32,000 nucleotides of DNA from an uncultured bacterium (GTDB lineage: Bacteria; Patescibacteriota; Gracilibacteria; UBA1369; PNNO01): contig OY969931.1 of NCBI GenBank assembly GCA_963704705.1, positions 1,230,001 through 1,262,000 on the forward strand. Reading direction: 5' to 3'. Position numbers and translations under genes: made by a program. A model generated the notes under the pieces. The model searched no databases. It was given only the letters and a program-made list of their open reading frames with translations, and was not told where the DNA came from. This document shows, one piece after another, positions 16,911 to 26,037 of this stretch. Each line of letters opens with the position of its first letter. The first letter of the stretch is position 1.

Positions 16911-16991
16911 TTGACTAATTTTTTAAAAGCAGGTAGATTCTGGCGGAAAACAGCGAAAAAATCAAATACAAAAATACAGGAACAATCATAC

Positions 16992-17020
16992 TTGACAAAA
17001 TTATGATTTTACGTCATAAT
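16992..17020 (+). promoter_or_regulatory. Near-consensus sigma-70-like promoter (TTGACA N17 CATAAT)
   Basis: TTGACA 16992-16997, 17-nt spacer, CATAAT 17015-17020; the spacer/-10 contains ATTATGA...TCATAAT inverted repeat. ATG at 17051. Confidence 0.6.
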
Positions 17021-17050
17021 GCTATCCTTTATTAAATTAACTTATTAATT

Positions 17051-17686
17051 ATGTCTGAAAAAAATCTTTATGTGAATGGTATTCAATTTGTAGGCTCAGA
17101 AGTATGGGAAGCCCTGGGATGCGAAGGGGAAGCCTGTACAGCACCACCTAAAACTGAGTCAGCAATTCTCAGCACAGCAAAAACAGATAGAATTGCGGCA
17201 ATGGGTCAGTTAATAGATAGGCAGAGACAAGATCTGTCACAAACAACTCCTGAAAACGCTATAGACCTTGCACGATTAATAAGTAAAAAAGTTGGCTTTG
17301 AGGTATCTGCTGTTGATGTAATTGAAGCCGGAGTTTGCGGATGTATTGAAGAATTGCTTGCATCAGAAAAAGCTGCTGCTTTTACAAAAGATCCTAAAAT
17401 TAAATTTAACAGTTTGAGCCAAGGCAGAAATATTGCTGATGTAATTGGAGAACCTGAAAAAGTAGAGGATATTAAAGTAATTGGAACAAGAAAAGAAGCT
17501 AGTTTAAATCATGGTGAATTATTTGGCACTTCTCGTGTTAATCCAGAAATGTCTGTTAATAACCCTGAAGATAAAGCTTACGATAGGCATCTTAAAATGG
17601 TTGAAAAATTAGAAAGAACTAGAAAAAAGAACCCGGCAAAAGCAAAGGCAAGAAGACGAAGCCGAAAAAGCTCACCAAAAGCTTAA
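17051..17686 (+). CDS. Hypothetical protein with basic C-terminal tail
   Basis: Intact 211-aa ORF behind a good promoter; C-terminus KLERTRKKNPAKAKARRRSRKSSPKA; two CxG/C motifs (LGCEGEACTAPP, AGVCGCIEE). Confidence 0.8.
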   Translation: MSEKNLYVNGIQFVGSEVWEALGCEGEACTAPPKTESAILSTAKTDRIAAMGQLIDRQRQDLSQTTPENAIDLARLISKKVGFEVSAVDVIEAGVCGCIEELLASEKAAAFTKDPKIKFNSLSQGRNIADVIGEPEKVEDIKVIGTRKEASLNHGELFGTSRVNPEMSVNNPEDKAYDRHLKMVEKLERTRKKNPAKAKARRRSRKSSPKA

Positions 17687-18522
17687 GCGTTTTTTATCGC
17701 CCAAACCATATCAAGAACCCTCCTTGTTTCTTTAACATCGTGTGCTCTTATAATTGATGCTCCGTTCAATACAGCGGCTGCAGCACATGCAAGCGAACCT
17801 TCGAGGCGTTCTTCCATAGGTAGATCCAAAACTTCTCCTATAAAAGATTTTCGCGAAGATCCTATCAAAACAGGATATCCAAATGCTTTATACTTTTTTA
17901 AATTCTTCAAAATCTGAAGACTCGGAACAGGATCCATACTAACAAAAGCTCCCTGCCCCGGATCTAAAATAATCTGATCGTCTTTAATGCCTGCTTCTTT
18001 GGCAACCTTTACTCTTTTTTTAAGAAACGCCTGAACTTCATCAACAACATTTTCATATTTAGGTTTTTTGCGTGAAGTGCGGCCTGTGTCATCCTTAGAA
18101 TACATAAGTACAACAGGCACTTTTTCTTTTGCAATTAGTTTTGCCATCGCAGGATCACCCCTGAAAGCAAGCACGTCATTTACCATATTCGCACCTTCTT
18201 TAAGTGCGGCTTTTGCAACATCAGCTTTATAAGTATCAATCGAAATCCATACACGCGCAGGGACTTTTAATGCTTTCAGTACAGGCAAGATTCTTTTAAG
18301 TTCTTCTTTTGAATCAACATCTTTGCTTCCGGGTCCTGTTGATTCACCGCCGATATCAATAATATCAGCGCCATCCTTTATCATTTCTTTAGCGTATTTT
18401 ACGGCATCTTCAGGTGTTTTAAATTTGCCTCTGTCGCTAAAAGAATCCGGCGTAAGGTTAAGAACGCCCATAACCAGTGGTTTGTCGAGCTTAAGGGTTT
18501 TAGTGCGGCTTTTGAGAATCAT
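17683..18522 (-). CDS. folP: Dihydropteroate synthase
   Basis: PLVMGVLNLTPDSFSDRGKFKTPEDAVKYAKEMIKDGADIIDIGGESTGPGSK...ISIDTYKADVAKAALKEGANMVNDV...DDQIILDPGQGAF...GYPVLIGSSRKSFIGEVL...IIRAHDVKETRRVLDMV. Confidence 0.96.
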   Translation of the reverse strand: MILKSRTKTLKLDKPLVMGVLNLTPDSFSDRGKFKTPEDAVKYAKEMIKDGADIIDIGGESTGPGSKDVDSKEELKRILPVLKALKVPARVWISIDTYKADVAKAALKEGANMVNDVLAFRGDPAMAKLIAKEKVPVVLMYSKDDTGRTSRKKPKYENVVDEVQAFLKKRVKVAKEAGIKDDQIILDPGQGAFVSMDPVPSLQILKNLKKYKAFGYPVLIGSSRKSFIGEVLDLPMEERLEGSLACAAAAVLNGASIIRAHDVKETRRVLDMVWAIKNA

Positions 18523-19280
18523 AGAGAGAGAAGTTTAATGATATTTTGTGTTATCCGACCTATTTTACCATTATTTATAGGCTTGCCGTCAACTTTAATA
18601 ATCGGAACAGCTCCAAAAGTACTTGAGGTGACAAAGATTTCATCATAGGTGTGGATTTTGTGTAGAGGGATCGGGGCGAGGCGGACCTTTGGATATTTTT
18701 TAATTATGTAGTTGCGCGTTGTGCCCTCTAGAATGCCATCCTTTGGAGTTATAAGTTCACCATTTTTTACTGCAAAAACATTCGAAAAAGCGCCCTCGGT
18801 TATATTATTGTGGCGATCAACAAGCAAAGCTTCGTATGCTTTGTGCTTTTCAGCTTCGCGGCGCGCAAGAATTGATGGAAGCATATTTGTGGATTTAGCC
18901 TGAGGTAAAGTTCGCTCAGCTTTGTAAGTTATTGCTGTGACACCTTTGGTGAAATTTCGCGGCTTGGTGAGTTTTGTTGCTTCAATGAGTAGAGTTTCAT
19001 CTCTTGAAAGTGTAATTCTGATTCTGGATTCTTTATGATTATTCTTTTTGATAAGTCTTGTGATTTGGTACGTAAGCTCTTTATTTGTAAGCGGCACTTT
19101 GATTTGTAAAATTTTAGCTGAATTTCGCAAACGTTTAAGATGCTCAGCCAAAAGCCACGGCTTGCCGTTAATTGTGCGCATGGTTTCATAAATCGCGTCG
19201 CCAAATTTAAAACCACGATCCATCACGCTGATCATGGCTTTATTTTGGAGTATGAGTTTTTTATTTAAAATTACATACAT
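18519..19280 (-). CDS. Class IV PLP-dependent aminotransferase, possibly aminodeoxychorismate lyase
   Basis: 253 aa: SVMDRGFKFGDAIYETMRTINGKPWLLAEHLKRLRNSAKIL...EALLVDRHNNITEGAFSNVFAVKNGELITPKDGILEGTTRNYII...EIFVTSSTFGAVPIIKVDGKPI. PabC is favoured by adjacency to folP (ATGA overlap). The family cannot be separated from Ilv/Dat types by eye. Confidence 0.85.
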   Translation of the reverse strand: MYVILNKKLILQNKAMISVMDRGFKFGDAIYETMRTINGKPWLLAEHLKRLRNSAKILQIKVPLTNKELTYQITRLIKKNNHKESRIRITLSRDETLLIEATKLTKPRNFTKGVTAITYKAERTLPQAKSTNMLPSILARREAEKHKAYEALLVDRHNNITEGAFSNVFAVKNGELITPKDGILEGTTRNYIIKKYPKVRLAPIPLHKIHTYDEIFVTSSTFGAVPIIKVDGKPINNGKIGRITQNIIKLLSL

Positions 19281-19760
19281 TTACTTTTCATCCTCAGCAT
19301 AAACATGCTCGTAATCAGACTTTTTGTAATCATGGATTTCTTCATCTTTAAAGAAGTTAGCTACTTCTTTTTTTGCATTCTCAACTGAATCAGAAGCATG
19401 AACAACATTACAGCTCACACTCATCGCAAAATCTCCTCTGATAGAACCCGCTTCAGCTTCTCTTGCTTTTGTTATGCCGCAAAGTACACGAATAGCATTT
19501 ACAACTTCAAGGCCTTCAATACACATCGCTATAACAGGTGAACTCTTCATGAATTTTGTAAGACTTGGGAAGAAAGGTTTCTCAGCAAGATGCGAATAGT
19601 GTTTTGTTAAAAGTTCATCATCAAGTCCCATCATTTTAATTCCAACAATTTTAAGTCCTTTGCGTTCAAAACGGGTGATAATTTCACCGGTTAGGCCGCG
19701 CTGAATAGCATCGGGTTTAACCAGCACAAGGGTTTTTTCTTCTACGCCATCGAATTTCAT
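19281..19760 (-). CDS. ndk: Nucleoside diphosphate kinase
   Basis: EKTLVLVKPDAIQRGLTGEIITRFERKGLKIVGIKMM...HYSHLAEKPFFPSLTKFMKSSPVIAMCIEG...RGDFAMSVSCNVVHASDSVENAKKEVANFF. Confidence 0.96.
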   Translation of the reverse strand: MKFDGVEEKTLVLVKPDAIQRGLTGEIITRFERKGLKIVGIKMMGLDDELLTKHYSHLAEKPFFPSLTKFMKSSPVIAMCIEGLEVVNAIRVLCGITKAREAEAGSIRGDFAMSVSCNVVHASDSVENAKKEVANFFKDEEIHDYKKSDYEHVYAEDEK

Positions 19761-19819
19761 AATTTATTAGGTTACTTAGTAAGGTGAGGTACTAAGTACT
19801 TAGAGGTACTCGGTACTTC

Positions 19820-19851
19820 AAAAAAGTCCACCCCTAAGTGTAGGGATGGAC
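19820..19851 (-). terminator. Intrinsic terminator downstream of the large-protein operon
   Basis: Minus strand reads GTCCATCCCTA-CACT-TAGGGGTGGAC-TTTTTT: 11-position stem with one mismatch, 4-nt loop, six T residues (19820-19825). Confidence 0.8.
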
Positions 19852-19932
19852 CAGCTGTTTTGCAATGTGAAATTCAAGTTTTGCGTATTTAGTAAGTTTC
19901 GCGCATCTTTTGCGCTGGGTTTGAGCCGTGCT

Positions 19933-20157
19933 TTATATCATCTCTTCGCCTTCACCGCGAGTAAGCTCGTAGTAATCGTTGTAAATTGTTACCCCGAAAT
20001 AACCTGTGTATAACGCGATAAATAAAACAACAAGCCATAAGTCGTAAGGTGCGGGAAAGTTAAACCACATCCATGTACAAACAACGTATACTATGGCAAA
20101 TTCAACCAATCGCATAAAAAATAGTGAAACGAGTTTTAAATTAAATTTTAGGTTCAT
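19933..20157 (-). CDS. Small membrane protein
   Basis: 74 aa with two predicted TM helices (LVSLFFMRLVEFAIVYVVCTWMWF, LWLVVLFIALYTGYFGVTIY); starts 19 nt after the upstream gene ends. Confidence 0.75.
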   Translation of the reverse strand: MNLKFNLKLVSLFFMRLVEFAIVYVVCTWMWFNFPAPYDLWLVVLFIALYTGYFGVTIYNDYYELTRGEGEEMI

Positions 20158-20176
20158 ATTATGATTTGTTAATAAA

Positions 20177-23100
20177 TTATCCTAATAATTTTTCTTTTAG
20201 TTTTCTTGCTGAATCGCCGGTTGCAATTTCGCGTATGCTTGCACGTGCGTGCTGCACTTGTTCTGGCACAACCTTTTTATCAGCAATAAGTTTTTGAACT
20301 TTTTCGTATAAGCCTTGTCTTCGAGCGAGTTCTTGAGCTTCTTCGGTGTTCCAGTGTCTGGCAAGAACTTCCTCGGCTTTAAGTCCGCGTTTTTCAGCTT
20401 TTTCAACATAATCACCCAACTTTTGTCGTAATCTGACTTTTTCAACACGACCTTCAACCATTTGATCAATTGGCGGACGACCTGAATGATCCTTCATAAT
20501 TACATAATCAAATGCTTTAGTTCCGCCTTTTTCAGCAACTTCCATTCCTTTTTTCGCTATAGCCATTTGTTCTGCAGGCCCATGATTGAAGCCGGTCAGC
20601 ATCCAAATCAAACCGGTTGCAAGACCAGCTTTTTGAAATAAACTTGCAGCACCTGACATCTGGTCATGCATTTTAGCCATTTGTGTAGCTTTCGATTCCA
20701 TTTCCATTGCCATAATTGACCTGTTTGAATTAATACTGACAATTGTTTCCTGTGCTGCTCTTATTTTATCTTCTTTTCTTATAATTTCTGTTTCAATGCC
20801 TTCAAGATTTGCATTTGCCTTATCAAAATCATTTTTCCAATTTTTAGCCGCGTCCCCACTTCCTGCAACTTTGGCACCTGCTTCATTTTTAGCAGTTGTA
20901 AGTTCGACGATTCTTGTTTTGGATTCTTTAACTGTTTTTTCAGCATCCTCAAATGCTTTTTTGGCAGCATCAATTTCAGTTTGCGAAGCCCGTCCGCTTT
21001 CTTTTAATTCTTCAAGTTTTTTTAAATGTGCTTCTTTTGAATTTTTTATACCTTCAAGTCTGATATGTTTTCTGTCTGATTTAGCTAAATCATCTACGAT
21101 TTTTGCATAATCTTTACCTAATTTTTGATGATCTCCAGCTTGTTCCGCATATTTTTCATAAGATTTTAAAGCTGCAATTCTTTCAGCTTCTTTAGATTTA
21201 ATAAAAGCTGTAAGTTCCTTTGTTTCAATAAGTTTTAATTTTTTAGCGCCTTCAACTACATCAAACGATCTTTCATATTCCTGAATTGTTTTTGCAGGAA
21301 TTCCAATTGATAAAAGCCATCCTTTAATTTCTAAAAATGCCGCTTTACCTTTAAGCCATGTTCTTCCAATAAAAGTTTTTGGAATATCTATGCCCTTTTT
21401 CATTCCTTTCATTACTTTCAAGTAGTCAATTCTTTTTGCACCTCCAAGTGTTTCTTCCAGCAGACGAAGTTCTCTTGCCTGGATTCTATCACCTGCTTTT
21501 TCAGCTTTCTTGGCCATCTCAGCTATATCTTCAATTTTATAAACTTTATAGGTTTCTTTAGAAGCATCCAGCCCTGAATTATATTTTGATAACGCTCTTG
21601 CCTGATCAATTGCTTTTCTTGCATATAATGTTTCAGCTGCTGAATCAGCTCTTCTTACCTTATCAAACAAACTACCTGCTTTTGCAATTTGTCTCTGGAA
21701 AAATGGTAGTTCTGAAGCATAAGCAACGTCTTTTAAGCCGCCAAGTTCTCTTGCTTCTTTAAGTGCATGACCTGCTTTAACCGCACGTCTTCCTGCTCTT
21801 ACTCCTCCCAAACCTGCACGTATACCAAGCCCAAGACCCCCGATTGCCCAGGCGCCATCGGCAATTAAACCAATTCCTGCAAATGCAACATACATCCACC
21901 TTTCTTTTGTACTTAATTTTTTGCCTGACAAACTAGTACCTTTAATAGCACCTCTAATATCAAGCGCTGTACCTAAAATAGGAAGAAATCCACCTGCAGC
22001 TTCAGCCAAATCCCACATTACTTCATGAGATTTTGCTTTACCAGTAAATAAATCGTAACCTTCGAGCCCTATTATAATCGCTGGTAATCCGAATGTTTTA
22101 AGACGATATTTCAATTTATGAGGAGTAACCTTTTCGCTTACAGCCTTAATTTCTTTTCGGAGTTCCTCTCTTCCCATAGCTCCTCTTGCAACTTCAACTT
22201 TACCTGCCCATGCATTGGATACAGGTCTTGCAACTTCAGTTTCGATTACCTCTGCAAGTGCACTGAATCTCGCTCTTGTAACATCTTCCATTGTTTTTAA
22301 ATCAACAGCTTTTCTTGTATAGGCCTGGATTAAATCTGCACCGCTGTAACTGGCTCTTTTTGCTTTATCCAAACCGATTGCTGCAAGAGATTGATCAGAA
22401 ATATGAGGCAATTCATTTAATTTTTTTGTTAAAAATGCCGATCCTGGACCTGCTGATTTTTGTACTTTTTCCAATGCACGCCCTGCATCAATAACTTTTT
22501 TGGCTTCATCACTCATTACCTTCGTTGCTCTTCGTACTAAAATTGAATACTTTTGCAACATTCTGTCCTGATCCAGAATTTTTTTATCAAGGTACCTCTT
22601 TTCTGCTGTGATATCATTCACGTCAATCTTGTCAGCCGTAGTTCTGGCTTCATGAAACAGATCTTCAAATGCTGTAGCTGTACCTGCTCTTTCACCTTTC
22701 ATTTTACCTTCAATATCTTCAATACCTCTTAAAATATCATTCATTTGCCAGTTTCTTGCTTTTAATCTAAAAGTCGTTATAGTTCTGTCCATAACCCTTC
22801 TATAGGTATATCTAAGCATTGTGGCTTTAACAAGCCTTTGTTCACCAAAAACATTTTTATAAGCACGCACCATTGTTGGCATTCTTGTAAAAGATTTCAT
22901 TAACCATCTTGAACGTTTTTCCCCTGGTGCATAATAATATTCAATAAGCTGAACAAGTCTTAAATCTTCATAACTTGCAGCCTGTCTTATTTCTTCTTTA
23001 TCTCTATCACTTAATCCCTTTTTACTATCCAGATATTCACTAAGTGCTTTTTTAAAATTAGTTTCAAAATTCTTGTCTCCGCTTACTTTTTGTTCCACTT

Positions 23101-24025
23101 TCATTCGAACATTGTGCATATGTTCAATAAATATAAGCCTGTCATTATCATTAACAGTTTTTTTGGATTTATCTTCAATAAGATGTTTATTTCTCTGCAT
23201 AATATTATCCATTTGTCTTAATTCCCTAAGTGTCCATGGAGCAAAACGAAGCATAAGAGGAAAAGGAATGCTTAAATCACCCGCTGCTTTATCCAGAGCA
23301 TATCCATGACCAATCTGCCTGAGGTTATTCAAATAAGATAAAGCGCCGTTCAGACTATCAAACGGAGTAAATTTTCTAACATGCGCCACACCAAGCACTC
23401 CAAAAGCAAGAAACCTGTTCAATACTGATTTAGTTATTTTACCGTCACTTACTTTTTCAACAAGCTTTTGCAATCCATCATAATCGCCTTCTTTAATAGC
23501 CATTTCAATTCTTTGCGCATTTGCCGGGTCATTTGCTTTTAAATTATCCATTAATGATGCAAATTCTTTGCTTTTTGAAAGCTTCTGTAATGCCTCGGTC
23601 TGATTTCTTTTGTTCACAAACCCATCAATAACTCTGTAAAACGTTTCTTCTTCGTCCTGCTGAACAGCATATCTTCTCGCAACCAAAGCCACATCCGAAC
23701 GGCCTTCAGCTACATTAATAATGTCATCAGCAAATTTTTCTGAACGTCTTTCAATTTCTTCTTTTGTAAGCTCTTTGTGTTTTGCAAGTTCAGCTTTTGT
23801 ATTTTCAATTATTCGATTTTTAAGCTCTTCTCTTTCAGTGTACGAAGCTTCTATAACTTTTTGCTGCAGCGCCTTAAGTTTTTCAAATTTCTTTCCGTTG
23901 AACCAACGTAGAATAAGCTTTCTTGAAATTTTATCCTGCTCATTTTGAGAAAGTTCTTTTGCTTCAACCGCCTCAAACGATTCAGGCATTTTTATTTTTT
24001 CGGATTTTAATGCTAATTTTGACAT
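20177..24025 (-). CDS. Very large (1282 aa) helical/coiled-coil protein of unknown family with an internal hydrophobic segment
   Basis: Single intact ORF. Highly charged, Ala/Lys/Glu-rich; internal AAGGFLPILGTALDIRGAIKGTSLSGKKLSTKERWMYVAFAGIGLIADGAWAIGGLGLG; long heptad-like C-terminal region. Confidence 0.92.
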   Translation of the reverse strand: MSKLALKSEKIKMPESFEAVEAKELSQNEQDKISRKLILRWFNGKKFEKLKALQQKVIEASYTEREELKNRIIENTKAELAKHKELTKEEIERRSEKFADDIINVAEGRSDVALVARRYAVQQDEEETFYRVIDGFVNKRNQTEALQKLSKSKEFASLMDNLKANDPANAQRIEMAIKEGDYDGLQKLVEKVSDGKITKSVLNRFLAFGVLGVAHVRKFTPFDSLNGALSYLNNLRQIGHGYALDKAAGDLSIPFPLMLRFAPWTLRELRQMDNIMQRNKHLIEDKSKKTVNDNDRLIFIEHMHNVRMKVEQKVSGDKNFETNFKKALSEYLDSKKGLSDRDKEEIRQAASYEDLRLVQLIEYYYAPGEKRSRWLMKSFTRMPTMVRAYKNVFGEQRLVKATMLRYTYRRVMDRTITTFRLKARNWQMNDILRGIEDIEGKMKGERAGTATAFEDLFHEARTTADKIDVNDITAEKRYLDKKILDQDRMLQKYSILVRRATKVMSDEAKKVIDAGRALEKVQKSAGPGSAFLTKKLNELPHISDQSLAAIGLDKAKRASYSGADLIQAYTRKAVDLKTMEDVTRARFSALAEVIETEVARPVSNAWAGKVEVARGAMGREELRKEIKAVSEKVTPHKLKYRLKTFGLPAIIIGLEGYDLFTGKAKSHEVMWDLAEAAGGFLPILGTALDIRGAIKGTSLSGKKLSTKERWMYVAFAGIGLIADGAWAIGGLGLGIRAGLGGVRAGRRAVKAGHALKEARELGGLKDVAYASELPFFQRQIAKAGSLFDKVRRADSAAETLYARKAIDQARALSKYNSGLDASKETYKVYKIEDIAEMAKKAEKAGDRIQARELRLLEETLGGAKRIDYLKVMKGMKKGIDIPKTFIGRTWLKGKAAFLEIKGWLLSIGIPAKTIQEYERSFDVVEGAKKLKLIETKELTAFIKSKEAERIAALKSYEKYAEQAGDHQKLGKDYAKIVDDLAKSDRKHIRLEGIKNSKEAHLKKLEELKESGRASQTEIDAAKKAFEDAEKTVKESKTRIVELTTAKNEAGAKVAGSGDAAKNWKNDFDKANANLEGIETEIIRKEDKIRAAQETIVSINSNRSIMAMEMESKATQMAKMHDQMSGAASLFQKAGLATGLIWMLTGFNHGPAEQMAIAKKGMEVAEKGGTKAFDYVIMKDHSGRPPIDQMVEGRVEKVRLRQKLGDYVEKAEKRGLKAEEVLARHWNTEEAQELARRQGLYEKVQKLIADKKVVPEQVQHARASIREIATGDSARKLKEKLLG

Positions 24026-24050
24026 TTTGTATTTATTTTAAATTATATTT

Positions 24051-26033
24051 TTAAGCTCTTTTTACTTTCATTTGCGTAATTATTGTACCAGCCGGAATAG
24101 TTGTTCCGTCTTTAATAACAATTTCCTGATCTTTACCAACAGCTTCTGAGCTGCTGCCGGACCAGGGCATTTTGCCTTTCTTTTTTGGACCTTCACTCTT
24201 CAAAACTCCGCTATCGGTCTGCAGTTCCGCACCTTTTTTAAGGAACACACCTTTTCCTTTTGGAATAATAATTGTGTAACCTTTTAATTTATAATTTTCA
24301 GTTAAAGTGAATTTCTTTTTATGCTCTGCTTCTTTCATCTGATCGTTTTTAAACAGACTGCCAAGCATTTTTTCAAAATCCTTTGCTTTATATTTCTTTG
24401 CTCCAAGAAGCGCAGGAGTAATTGACACTCCCAAAAATCCCAAAATCATAGTAGTAATCGGCGCACTGCCTCCACTCAATAACTTAGGAATTCCTCCTTT
24501 AAGAAACTTTTCAACAAATGACTGAATAAGCGGTCCGATCAAAGGAATTTTCCCGAATTTGCTTTTAAGTTTTTCTCTGACCTCAGTCATTTTATTTTTT
24601 GTGATCGCCTCAACACTTGATTCGGCTTTATGGGCTTTCTCACGCGCTAGTCTAAACAAATTTCTAGCAGACCATTTTTTAAATTTAAATGTAACCTTAT
24701 CATCATAATCAACTTTTATATCCAATTTTTCATTTGAATTTTTTGATCTTGCTTCTTTTAGGTCTTCATCTTTGGCTATTATAGCTTCAATCTTTGCCTT
24801 AATATCATCAACTCTGGCCTTAACAATCACATCAACATTTTTTGTGATTGCTTTTTTTGTTTTAAGTTCAGCAGTAAGTTTTTTTGTAATATCCGAATAA
24901 TAATTATCCAATTCATGAAATGTCGGATACGCCTGGCTAATACCTTTAATTTTTGAAATCATATGCGCTGTTTGATCCAGCATTTGCTTATTGCTGAGTG
25001 TTTCTCCTGCCTGAAGTTTTTCACTCCCAAGTGCTTTATCGATATCTTCAACTTCCATCTTATCAATCAATCCCTTTAACTTATCCGCTGAATCATAAGC
25101 ATTCCAGTTTCCAAGTCCCTTGTCGTCAATTTCAATATAACCTGCTGACCCAAGGTTTTTTTCAGGTTGTTTACCATTAATCAAAACCATATAGATTCTG
25201 TCTTTTTCGGGTTTTTTGCCCGGAACATATCTAAACAAATATTTTCCAACACCCGCACCATATAATAAGTTCATTTTACTGATTGTTTTTTCATCAAGTT
25301 TAGCCCACTTGTTTTCAGCGCTCTTTTTGAAGAATGATGTAACCAATTCTTTGCCTCGGCTGGATTCTTTTTCAACAACCATTTTGCCGCCCTCAGTTGA
25401 ATGTTTCCCAATTGCAGCCAAAACCAATTGTTCTTTTTCAGAAGAAAGTCCGCTGTCTTTTGGCTGGTTAGGTCCAAATTCGTATTTTAATCTTTCCAAA
25501 CAAATCGGGTCACTAAGATATGAGCTTCGTAAAGATTCGTCATCTCCATCCTTATCTACCGCATACCATCGATCTTTTTTAGCCCAATAATAAAATCCTA
25601 ATTTAGGACCCGCATTACTTTCACTAAAAAAGTCTTCAAAGGGTTTAAAGTCTATGTCTCCGGGTTTGTTTTTTCGTTTTGCTGCTTCTTTAAATAATCT
25701 CCAGGCATCATCTTTGCCGTTTGGTTTCCAGTTTTCTTCAATAAGCGCCATTAAAAGGTAAGCTTCTTTTCCTCTTTTTGTATTTGAGATGAAATTCACA
25801 GCAACTGCTTTTGGATCATCAGGAACTTGTTCCTTACTTTCAGGATTGTTTTCTTTCCATCTTTTCAAGAGTTCAGCTTTATCCTGCTTTAGCTTTTCAG
25901 CTGCTGCTTTTTTTGTATCAAGATTGTGTTGCACTCTCTGGCCAAGCTGATCAGCTTTTCTGTCAGGTGACTGAGTAGGTGTTTGCGACGGAGTTTCAGC
26001 GCCGCTTCTGAAAATGAATTTTGAATAGAACAT
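24051..26033 (-). CDS. 660-aa protein of unknown family with a C-terminal hydrophobic segment
   Basis: Intact ORF; Pro/Gln-rich N-terminus (GAETPSQTPTQSPDRKADQL), hydrophobic GKIPLIGPLIQSFVEKFLKGGIPKLLSGGSAPITTMILGFLGVSITPALLG, beta-rich C-terminus. Confidence 0.9.
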   Translation of the reverse strand: MFYSKFIFRSGAETPSQTPTQSPDRKADQLGQRVQHNLDTKKAAAEKLKQDKAELLKRWKENNPESKEQVPDDPKAVAVNFISNTKRGKEAYLLMALIEENWKPNGKDDAWRLFKEAAKRKNKPGDIDFKPFEDFFSESNAGPKLGFYYWAKKDRWYAVDKDGDDESLRSSYLSDPICLERLKYEFGPNQPKDSGLSSEKEQLVLAAIGKHSTEGGKMVVEKESSRGKELVTSFFKKSAENKWAKLDEKTISKMNLLYGAGVGKYLFRYVPGKKPEKDRIYMVLINGKQPEKNLGSAGYIEIDDKGLGNWNAYDSADKLKGLIDKMEVEDIDKALGSEKLQAGETLSNKQMLDQTAHMISKIKGISQAYPTFHELDNYYSDITKKLTAELKTKKAITKNVDVIVKARVDDIKAKIEAIIAKDEDLKEARSKNSNEKLDIKVDYDDKVTFKFKKWSARNLFRLAREKAHKAESSVEAITKNKMTEVREKLKSKFGKIPLIGPLIQSFVEKFLKGGIPKLLSGGSAPITTMILGFLGVSITPALLGAKKYKAKDFEKMLGSLFKNDQMKEAEHKKKFTLTENYKLKGYTIIIPKGKGVFLKKGAELQTDSGVLKSEGPKKKGKMPWSGSSSEAVGKDQEIVIKDGTTIPAGTIITQMKVKRA

Positions 26034-26037
26034 GGTT

